Source: a virus. Taken from it: 44,301 nt of DNA. The notes below the pieces were generated by a model. The model saw only the letters and a list, made by a program, of their open reading frames with translations. It searched no databases and was not told the DNA's origin. Position 1 is the first letter of the stretch; each line of letters starts with the position of its first letter. The translations under genes and the position numbers were made by a program. Positions 1-5,757 of this stretch are shown here, piece after piece. The stretch lies in the IMG/VR virus record IMGVR_UViG_3300033997_000053. The stretch is one strand, 5' to 3'.

Positions 1-103
1 CCAGAGCACCCCATTACTCGGTATCCGACAAGTTTCGTGGCTACCTTCGCTGACATGGCCCGCGCTGCCCTTGCCGCCACCCAGCCAGCAGCGCAGGGGA
101 TGG
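1..103. repeat. Terminal direct repeat, identical to 44199-44301 (circular-assembly overlap or terminal redundancy)
   Basis: ccagagcaccccattactcggtatccgaca...gcgcaggggatgg is read at 1-103 and again at 44199-44301. Confidence 0.95.
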
Positions 104-264
104 ATGCTTACACCTTGCTGCGCGTGATCCAGCGGCTGAACCAAAACCCCTACAGCCTTACAAAGAGCGAATGCATTGCTGAGGTGCAGGCTATGCGCGA
201 AGAAGCCATTGCAGCCCAAGCCCAGCAGGGAGATCAAGCATGCACCAGCGCGCGCGAAAGCTAA
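1..264 (+). CDS. 3' end of a hypothetical protein gene that starts at 43491 and crosses the circular junction (323 aa in total)
   Basis: Frame 1 is open from base 1 (PEHPITRYPTSFVATFADMARAAL...) to TAA 262-264. It continues in frame the open reading frame 43491-44301 through the 103-bp overlap. Confidence 0.7.
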   Translation, partial: PEHPITRYPTSFVATFADMARAALAATQPAAQGMDAYTLLRVIQRLNQNPYSLTKSECIAEVQAMREEAIAAQAQQGDQACTSARES

Positions 265-485
265 TGGCGCTTGTGATCGAGCATCAAAACGCCTTAGAAG
301 CGTTGCAATGGTGCGCGAATAAGCAAGACTACGAACGCGTAAACGGGCGCATTCTCAAAATCCGGCAGACGCTAGGCAAGAAGCTAGACGTACTGTGCAG
401 GCAGGCAGAGCGCGGCGTTAAGGCTAGCGAGAAATTGCAGGAGTTGGCGAAAAAACAACGTGTGCAGCCTGAAAATTTGCGATAA
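264..485 (+). CDS. hypothetical protein, 73 aa, helical/coiled-coil character
   Basis: ATG 264 overlaps the upstream stop (TAATG). Same frame as track ORF 240..485. Confidence 0.55.
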   Translation: MALVIEHQNALEALQWCANKQDYERVNGRILKIRQTLGKKLDVLCRQAERGVKASEKLQELAKKQRVQPENLR

Positions 486-548
486 GATGCACAACATCCA
501 TCCCAGCGATGTAAAAGGCTGGGAAATCAATAACTACGCAATATCGCA

Positions 549-1028
549 ATGAACCATGAGTTGTTGAAAAATATATTCAAATACATCCCGGATACTGGTG
601 AACTTTTTTGGAAAGTGCGGTCTAGCCAAAGGGTTAAGATTGGAGATAAGGCTGGAACAAAAAAAGGGAATGGGTATCTTATGGTTAGGTTTGAAGGTAA
701 AAATTACCTAATACACAGACTTGCGTGGATCATGATTCATGAGTCTGAACCTGAAGGTATGATAGACCATATAAACGGGAATCGGTCAGACAACAGGATA
801 GTCAATTTAAGGATTGTGTCTTCAATAGGAAATGCACAAAATCAAAGGAATTCACACAAAGATAGCAAATCAGGCTTGTTGGGCGTGAGTGAGCATTGTG
901 GGTTGTGGGTAGCGCAGATAATGTGCGATGGTGTAATGCATAGGCTTGGATTGTTTAAAGATAAATTTGAGGCACATAATGCTTATGTTATTGCAAAGAA
1001 AAAATTGCATGAAACATCAACATTGTAA
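549..1028 (+). CDS. HNH homing endonuclease with AP2-type DNA-binding domain (159 aa)
   Basis: YLIHRLAW...IDHINGNRSDNRIVNLR (HNH core) followed by GVSEHCGLWVAQI...LGLFKDKFEAHNAY (AP2-like). The gene is visibly AT-richer than its flanks. Confidence 0.85.
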   Translation: MNHELLKNIFKYIPDTGELFWKVRSSQRVKIGDKAGTKKGNGYLMVRFEGKNYLIHRLAWIMIHESEPEGMIDHINGNRSDNRIVNLRIVSSIGNAQNQRNSHKDSKSGLLGVSEHCGLWVAQIMCDGVMHRLGLFKDKFEAHNAYVIAKKKLHETSTL

Positions 1029-1034
1029 TAAAAT
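1005..1034 (+). promoter_or_regulatory. sigma70-like promoter candidate reading into the non-coding region
   Basis: TTGCAT (1005-1010), 18-nt spacer, TAAAAT (1029-1034). The predicted start is near 1041. Confidence 0.4.
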
Positions 1035-1038
1035 GCTT

Positions 1039-1738
1039 TGATGGTTAAGGCGCACCGCAGCAATGCGCACCGCCTCACATCATGACACCCCGGAAAGACG
1101 GGGGCTATCACACATGCGGATTAATGCGCCGAAATGCGAAGGCGATAATGATGTAAGGTTGGATTCCTTATAGTCCGCAGCTGTGATGGCGTGACAGGTA
1201 CTTGCCCACCTGCAAACAGTGAAAGTCTGCTCGCAACCGCTTGTAGTGTGTTGTGAGGTGTTGGGAGCCGGGGCGAACACGGCAAGCCATATGACCACCT
1301 CGGGAAAGTAGCGAGGATCATCATTGAAGCGGCTAGAGGTTGCTCAGCACTTCCGCCACGGCGACCAGAAATGGATGGCCGCTTCAATGATGGTTAAAGT
1401 TGAGAACGGTTGAATGGCTGAGACGTTGCAAACCCTAAACGAAGCACCCAGCACCATCTGACGCCTCGGAAAGACGAGGATCATCACGAAGGTGGATTGT
1501 TTGAAAATTGCGAGGCGTCCTGCAGGTAAGTCGCATCAGTAATCCAGTCCACCCCCGTGATGGTTAAGCGACACACCGCCGATAAAGCGACACACCGCAG
1601 GGTTGGGGGAAACCTGGCCGCCATCAACCAAAATCGGCGTAGCACCCGAAGCAAACAATCCGGTTCTTCCATGCATTCCTGCCCGCCGTAAAAAGCGGGG
1701 TGCTATCAGGGTGCATGGAACAGCCGGATTTTTGTTTT
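1039..1738 (+). ncRNA. Candidate large structured non-coding RNA (about 700 nt) with three paralogous stem-loop modules; family not recognised
   Basis: No + strand ORF of 60 aa or more between 1028 and 1700. A roughly 36-nt motif occurs three times (1076-1113, 1287-1325, 1452-1487), each with a GAAAG-loop hairpin. Closing helices are 1077-1083/1148-1154, 1319-1333/1378-1392 and 1482-1488/1556-1562. TGATGGTTAA occurs at 1039, 1388 and 1558. Confidence 0.55.
1657..1738 (+). terminator. Long imperfect hairpin plus T-run; candidate intrinsic terminator closing the ncRNA
   Basis: Pairings are aatccgg 1657-1663/ccggatt 1724-1730, ttccatgca 1667-1675/tgcatggaa 1712-1720, cctg 1678-1681/cagg 1707-1710 and cccgc 1682-1686/gcggg 1695-1699. 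TTTTTGTTTT follows, ending at 1738. Confidence 0.55.
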
Positions 1739-1774
1739 GGGCGCGACAGTTTTTTAACCGTAGGAGGATGTGAG

Positions 1775-2068
1775 ATGAATGGTGGAATAGATTGGGGAAG
1801 CGCGCCAGATTGGGCAAGATGGGCAGCAAGAGATGTCAATGGATCATGGTGGTGGCACAGCCAAAGACCACATAGAACGGAACGCGAATGGCTTCCGAAA
1901 GTCGCGTCAGAAGTTTGGACAAACATCGAGCGGGCTTCTATCCGGTGCAACTTGCACTGGATGGTTTCTTTGACAAAACGACCAACAAAGGTGCTCTATG
2001 TCAAAAGCAATGGACGCGCTACATATGGCGAGCAAGCATGCATATTGCGAAAGCGGCCAGCATATTGA
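1775..2068 (+). CDS. hypothetical protein with Trp-rich N-terminus
   Basis: RBS taggagg lies upstream of ATG 1775. Product begins MNGGIDWGSAPDWARWAARDVNGSWWWH. The earlier ATGs of track ORF 1700..2068 lie inside the terminator hairpin. Confidence 0.55.
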   Translation: MNGGIDWGSAPDWARWAARDVNGSWWWHSQRPHRTEREWLPKVASEVWTNIERASIRCNLHWMVSLTKRPTKVLYVKSNGRATYGEQACILRKRPAY

Positions 2069-2228
2069 GTTTTTCCACGAAGACTTGGATGCTTTTGTAT
2101 GCGAAGTGCTCGAGCGCGCCGCAGTCGAGTGCGAGCAATCCGAAGCCTATAGGGGTTCAGTTTTCGCGCAGCGCATCCGGGCGCTGAAGCCTGTAGCAGA
2201 CAATTCAGGGAATCAAAATGAATCGTAA
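1998..2228 (+). CDS. hypothetical acidic protein, 76 aa
   Basis: aaagg precedes ATG 1998. It overlaps the 3' end of 1775..2068, so one of the two boundaries is uncertain. Confidence 0.5.
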   Translation: MSKAMDALHMASKHAYCESGQHIEFFHEDLDAFVCEVLERAAVECEQSEAYRGSVFAQRIRALKPVADNSGNQNES

Positions 2229-2373
2229 TCTGATAAAAGTCAGTATCTGGCTGGCTGGCGGCGCTTTTAGCACGTACATGGCATACCAATATCTTGGATT
2301 GACAATGGACGAAGCAAAAGGGTACATGTGGGGCTTGGTCGTCGGCCTCCTGTCAAACTTTGTAGAGGAATGA
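2218..2373 (+). CDS. small membrane protein, 51 aa (below the ORF-track cutoff)
   Basis: Hand translation gives MNRNLIKVSIWLAGGAFSTYMAYQYLGLTMDEAKGYMWGLVVGLLSNFVEE, with stop TGA 2371-2373. It has two hydrophobic segments and is tightly packed with its neighbours. Confidence 0.5.
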   Translation: MNRNLIKVSIWLAGGAFSTYMAYQYLGLTMDEAKGYMWGLVVGLLSNFVEE

Positions 2374-2375
2374 GA

Positions 2376-2561
2376 ATGAGCCAACAGATTCAACTGACAA
2401 CGCGCGAGGCGGTGGAGGAAGCGCTAGAGGCTCTCAACTACCGGCACGAAACAGCCAGGACAGATGAAAAACAGGAAAAGACACTGAAGGCAGCTCAGCT
2501 GCTCTGCGACCTCTACGGCTTCAAGCTGGAGCAGTTCTTTGTCGATGGCGACGAACTGTAA
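2376..2561 (+). CDS. hypothetical protein, 61 aa
   Basis: agagga precedes ATG 2376 (ATG 2370 is also possible). Product begins MSQQIQLTTREAVEEALEAL. Confidence 0.55.
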   Translation: MSQQIQLTTREAVEEALEALNYRHETARTDEKQEKTLKAAQLLCDLYGFKLEQFFVDGDEL

Positions 2562-2566
2562 AAAAG

Positions 2567-2609
2567 CCGACGAACGGTAGCCAAGAATCCTAGCCACTGT
2601 GGCACATTA
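2567..2609 (+). promoter_or_regulatory. Promoter-like site 1 carrying the CCGACGAACGGTAG upstream motif
   Basis: Motif at 2567-2580 and CACATT at 2603-2608. The leader carries aaagggga before GTG 2636. A near-copy, GACGAACTGTA, lies 21 bp upstream at 2548-2558. Confidence 0.55.
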
Positions 2610-2635
2610 GAGGCACTGAAACGAAAGGGGAAACA

Positions 2636-2797
2636 GTGAAATACGTTTACGCATCAGCAACTGTAATCGGCGCATGCTTTGCAGGCGTCTTTTTGCTTGA
2701 CACGAACCCAAAGCAGGCTATGGTCCTGGCAATACTCCAGATTGTTGCCATCCTGCTAGTTCTGTGCTTTGAGAAGGTTTTGGAGGTGAAGATATGA
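2636..2797 (+). CDS. small membrane protein, 53 aa, GTG start (below the ORF-track cutoff)
   Basis: Hand translation gives (M)KYVYASATVIGACFAGVFLLDTNPKQAMVLAILQIVAILLVLCFEKVLEVKI. Its stop overlaps the next ATG (ATGA at 2794-2797). Confidence 0.5.
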   Translation: MKYVYASATVIGACFAGVFLLDTNPKQAMVLAILQIVAILLVLCFEKVLEVKI

Positions 2798-3195
2798 CAA
2801 TGACATTCAAAGAAGCGCTGATCGCGCACTTGCGGGGCGAGAAGGTGCAATGCATGGGGTGCGAAGGCACATGGAAACCGTTGATGGAAAAAATTGGTGA
2901 AGGCTTGATTCGTTATGTTGACACTCAAAGCTACATGAGTGGACTCTCATTCCGCATCGCGCCGCGCACGATCCTGGTCAACGGCGTGGAGGTGCCAGCG
3001 GGGGAGAAGGAAGCTCCAAGCAAAGGTGCAACCTACTATGTTCCAGATCAATCCGAAGAATCGCTCGCATATGATTTTTTGTGGGGAGATGACGATATGG
3101 ACACTAGATTCCTTGAGCGCGGCCTTGTCTACCTTGACAAAGAATCTGCCATCGCGCGCGCCAAGGCCATGCTAATCACTCAGGAGGTGAAGTGA
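2794..3195 (+). CDS. hypothetical protein, 133 aa
   Basis: Track ORF with translational coupling at both ends. Confidence 0.65.
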   Translation: MTMTFKEALIAHLRGEKVQCMGCEGTWKPLMEKIGEGLIRYVDTQSYMSGLSFRIAPRTILVNGVEVPAGEKEAPSKGATYYVPDQSEESLAYDFLWGDDDMDTRFLERGLVYLDKESAIARAKAMLITQEVK

Positions 3196-3437
3196 TGAAG
3201 CAAGAATACGCATTCCCGCAGTCGTTGCAGGCGGGTGATATGGCTCAGTCAACTGGAGGGCTCACGCTACGCGACTATTTCGCTGCGCAGGCATTGCCCG
3301 CTGTGTACGTTGAGGCATGCAAGGAAATGGACAAAACTGGATATCCAGAGCATTGGAAAAAAGGCGTGGCTTTGGATGCATACGCCATGGCCGACGCCAT
3401 GCTCGCAGAGCGCGCGAAAGGTGCGTCCAATGGTTGA
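3192..3437 (+). CDS. hypothetical protein, 81 aa
   Basis: Track ORF. Contains the GLTLRDYFAAQALPA motif common in small phage proteins. Confidence 0.6.
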   Translation: MMKQEYAFPQSLQAGDMAQSTGGLTLRDYFAAQALPAVYVEACKEMDKTGYPEHWKKGVALDAYAMADAMLAERAKGASNG

Positions 3438-3915
3438 GCTAAAAACGACCTGCGGAACTACTTTCCTTGTTGACGAAGACATTGCGGAAACGATGGGGCG
3501 CTTTGCTTGGAAGCTCGATAAGGATGGATACGTTATCCGGAAAACGACGGTTAATGGGAGGCGCGGTATGACCGTGCGATTGCATCGTGCAGTGATGTCG
3601 TGCACCGACCCAAGAGTGCTGATAGATCATCGAGACGGCAATAAGCTCAACAACATGCGCGGCAATCTTCGGGAAGCAACGCGAAGCCAGAACGGGCAAA
3701 ACGGATTTAAAAGAAAAAACAGAGCATCCGTGTTTCGCGGCGTCACTTGGCACAAAAGATGCGGGAAGTGGCAGGCCAGCATCAAGGCGTTTGGGCGGAG
3801 CATTTACCTTGGACTGTTCGATGATGAACATGAGGCCGGCCACGCCTATAACCGCGCAGCCATAGAGAGACACGGAGAGTTTGCGCGACTTAACCCTGTA
3901 GGGAGAAAGGCATGA
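3430..3915 (+). CDS. HNH endonuclease with AP2-type domain (161 aa)
   Basis: ATG 3430 in the frame of track ORF 3235..3915. Contains LHRAVM...IDHRDGNKLNNMRGNLREAT (HNH) and FRGVTWHKRCGKWQASI...LGLFDDEHEAGHAYNRAA (AP2). Confidence 0.85.
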   Translation: MVELKTTCGTTFLVDEDIAETMGRFAWKLDKDGYVIRKTTVNGRRGMTVRLHRAVMSCTDPRVLIDHRDGNKLNNMRGNLREATRSQNGQNGFKRKNRASVFRGVTWHKRCGKWQASIKAFGRSIYLGLFDDEHEAGHAYNRAAIERHGEFARLNPVGRKA

Positions 3916-4244
3916 CTGAGAAAGAGCTTATGAAGCTGGTGGCCGACTACGGCAAGGAATGCATCTCTGCTGGCATTGCAGAGATGAGCCTCAGCGATGC
4001 CTTAAAGCAACGCATGGCCGAAGATGTGCGCACGGCGCATGTGGCGCTGACTGATCGGCTGCGCGCCCTTCTGACCGAGCTGGAGGAAGCGCGCGAGGAT
4101 GCGGCGCGGTATCGGTGGCTGATGGAGCAGTCGTGGTTCCAAGTTGCATTTGATAGGTTTGATCCAGATGATCACGGGCGCATTGACTTGTTTAAATTGG
4201 AGTGCAATCGAATCATAGACGCCGCGCGCAAGGTGGAAGCATGA
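3912..4244 (+). CDS. hypothetical protein, 110 aa
   Basis: Track ORF; its start overlaps the upstream stop. Confidence 0.6.
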   Translation: MTEKELMKLVADYGKECISAGIAEMSLSDALKQRMAEDVRTAHVALTDRLRALLTELEEAREDAARYRWLMEQSWFQVAFDRFDPDDHGRIDLFKLECNRIIDAARKVEA

Positions 4245-4669
4245 CCAACATTGAGAAAGCTCTGGTGGAGCTTGCGCTAGCACAAAGGCGCGTGACCGAA
4301 ATCAACAAGCTGATTGGCGAGGCATTGAGTGCAAGTCGCGCGGCTGCTGAGAAAACTTGGGAAACGTCGGCATCAGGAATTTCGATTGAGCCAAATGAAT
4401 GGTTTGGCAGCGCAAAAAATGGGTGGCTTGCCCTGGCCTACCAGATCGAGCGCGAGCATTACGGCTCCGGAGAGTTCGACACCTACTATGCGAACCACGA
4501 TGGCGATGTGGAGGGATTCCTAGCTGAGAAGTGCCAGCATGCCCTCCGCGCACACCAACTGGTGCAGCAGCGCAAGTCCCTGCGCAAGGCGCTGGGAATA
4601 GCAAAACGCCGCGTCACATTCATGGCTAATAGACTGGCCGACAAGGCCGAGAAAGGAAGCGAAGCATGA
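4241..4669 (+). CDS. hypothetical protein, 142 aa
   Basis: ATG 4241 overlaps the upstream stop (ATGA), in the frame of track ORF 4202..4669. Confidence 0.6.
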   Translation: MTNIEKALVELALAQRRVTEINKLIGEALSASRAAAEKTWETSASGISIEPNEWFGSAKNGWLALAYQIEREHYGSGEFDTYYANHDGDVEGFLAEKCQHALRAHQLVQQRKSLRKALGIAKRRVTFMANRLADKAEKGSEA

Positions 4670-4923
4670 ACCGAGATGACGTTATCAGGATGGCGCGCGA
4701 GGCTGACATCATCGACTTCCGCGATGCATCAGATGATCCGCATGTGGCGCAGATGGTTGATTTTCTGATGCGCTTCTCCGCGCTGGTGGCCGCAGCAGAG
4801 CGGGAGGAATGCGCACGGGTGGTAGATGCCAAGGAGAAATCCATCTACCTCTGGACCAACACCACCTATTTGATTGAGTGCGCAGCCGCAATCCGAGCGC
4901 GAGGCGTTCAGCCAAAGGACTAG
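4666..4923 (+). CDS. hypothetical protein, 85 aa
   Basis: Track ORF with ATGA coupling to the upstream gene. Confidence 0.6.
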   Translation: MNRDDVIRMAREADIIDFRDASDDPHVAQMVDFLMRFSALVAAAEREECARVVDAKEKSIYLWTNTTYLIECAAAIRARGVQPKD

Positions 4924-4972
4924 CCGCGCATAGTTGATAAAATCAAACACAATGAACCAAAGAGGATAGAGA

Positions 4973-5152
4973 ATGGCGCTAACACCTGAACAGCAAGCAC
5001 TGGAAGACAAACAGGACAAGGCAGATAGCGTGCATGGGGTAACTGCCGCCGATGCTTTCATGGCAGTTTTTGGATTTCGGCGGGTGATTCAAAAACCATC
5101 CAGCGAACAGATTGACAAAGATATGGCGATGCCAGATGGGTGGGACGGTTGA
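4973..5152 (+). CDS. hypothetical protein, 59 aa (below the ORF-track cutoff)
   Basis: Hand translation gives MALTPEQQALEDKQDKADSVHGVTAADAFMAVFGFRRVIQKPSSEQIDKDMAMPDGWDG. aagagga lies upstream. Stop TGA 5150-5152 is coupled to the next ATG. Confidence 0.45.
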   Translation: MALTPEQQALEDKQDKADSVHGVTAADAFMAVFGFRRVIQKPSSEQIDKDMAMPDGWDG

Positions 5153-5757
5153 TGACGCCAGAACAGCAGGAACTAGCCGACAAGCTCACCAACCTACAGC
5201 GCGGCGTAGTGCTGGGGGTGGTTGCGGGGAAGTCTCAGCGCCAGGCTTATCGTGATGCCGGGGGTAAGGCAAAGACAGACGCAAGCGCTGATGCTGTCGT
5301 CAGTGAGATGCTAAGCGACCCTAAGGTTGCTGATTTTTACCAAGTCATGATTGCAGAGGCTGCAACTGAGGCCGTGCTGACGCGAGAACAGGCCTTGGAG
5401 CGTTTAACTTTGGTTGCTAGTACCGAGATAACTGACATCCTGGAATTTCGCCAGGTGGAGGTTAAGAAGATCGGCAAGGATGGTGAGGAAGAAACCGATT
5501 GGGAAACAATCTGGAGCATGAAGGATTCGCCTGATGTTGAGCGCCGCGCCCGGGCTGCAATCAAGTCAGTGACGATGACTAAGCAAGGACCAAAGATCGA
5601 AATGTACGATTCGACCGCCGCAATTGCCCAGATTGCCAAGATGCAAGGATGGGACGCGCCGCAGAAGGTTGACCACACCAGCACGGACGGCACTATGTCG
5701 CCTTCGCGCGTTGACGAGAGTTTGGTGGCTGCTTTGGTTGATAAGCTGGTGGACTAA
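5152..5757 (+). CDS. terS: terminase small subunit
   Basis: Product begins MTPEQQELADKLTNLQRGVVLGVVAGKSQRQAYRDAGGKAKTDASADA, typical of the small-terminase N-terminal HTH region. It lies directly upstream of terL. Start 5152 (TGATG coupling) or 5140. Confidence 0.75.
   Translation: MTPEQQELADKLTNLQRGVVLGVVAGKSQRQAYRDAGGKAKTDASADAVVSEMLSDPKVADFYQVMIAEAATEAVLTREQALERLTLVASTEITDILEFRQVEVKKIGKDGEEETDWETIWSMKDSPDVERRARAAIKSVTMTKQGPKIEMYDSTAAIAQIAKMQGWDAPQKVDHTSTDGTMSPSRVDESLVAALVDKLVD

Noticed and set aside
1-103. The 103-bp end repeat as a true physical direct terminal repeat of the virion DNA
   Set aside because: A protein-coding frame runs uninterrupted through the junction, and the repeat ends at no recognisable terminase site. 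An assembly overlap of a circular or permuted genome is the simpler reading. This cannot be settled without read data.
1403-1415. A 13-mer, gagaacggttgaa, shared by 1403-1415 and 35636-35648. It partly resembles the promoter motif (GAACGG followed by TTGAA).
   Set aside because: A single 13-nt match between two sites in a 44-kb genome read on both strands is within chance expectation. Neither copy has the full CCGACGAACGG core or a convincing -10 at the right distance.
1029-1738. tRNA genes or a CRISPR-like array in the non-coding region
   Set aside because: There is no cloverleaf and no GTTCGAATC-type T-loop; the only candidate, aagg-ttggatt-cctt at 1156-1170, lacks the other arms. The repeated motifs are irregularly spaced, mutually complementary and degenerate, unlike CRISPR repeats.
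486-1774. A group I intron carrying the HNH ORF, with the structured region as the catalytic core. A tatagtccgcagc segment at 1169-1181 recalls the conserved S/Q elements.
   Set aside because: The flanking ORFs are independent genes. The upstream one ends at its own stop (483-485), and the downstream one has its own RBS and ATG (1775). I could not find convincing P, Q and R elements in the correct order or a P1/P10 pairing. This remains worth testing with covariance models.
1080-1950. Minus-strand ORFs of 62-108 aa overlapping the non-coding region (1080..1298, 1121..1387, 1484..1672, 1536..1829, 1624..1950)
   Set aside because: They overlap one another in different frames and have no RBS context. 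Their products are Arg/Pro/Ser-rich and low in complexity. They run antisense to a + strand transcription unit bounded by a promoter and a terminator.
2794-3195. A DUF2829/Tad2-like anti-defence protein, suggested by the N-terminal MTFKEALIAHLRGEKV
   Set aside because: The resemblance covers only about 15 residues at the N-terminus. The rest of the 133-aa protein does not follow the pattern I remember, so this is too weak to call without a profile search.
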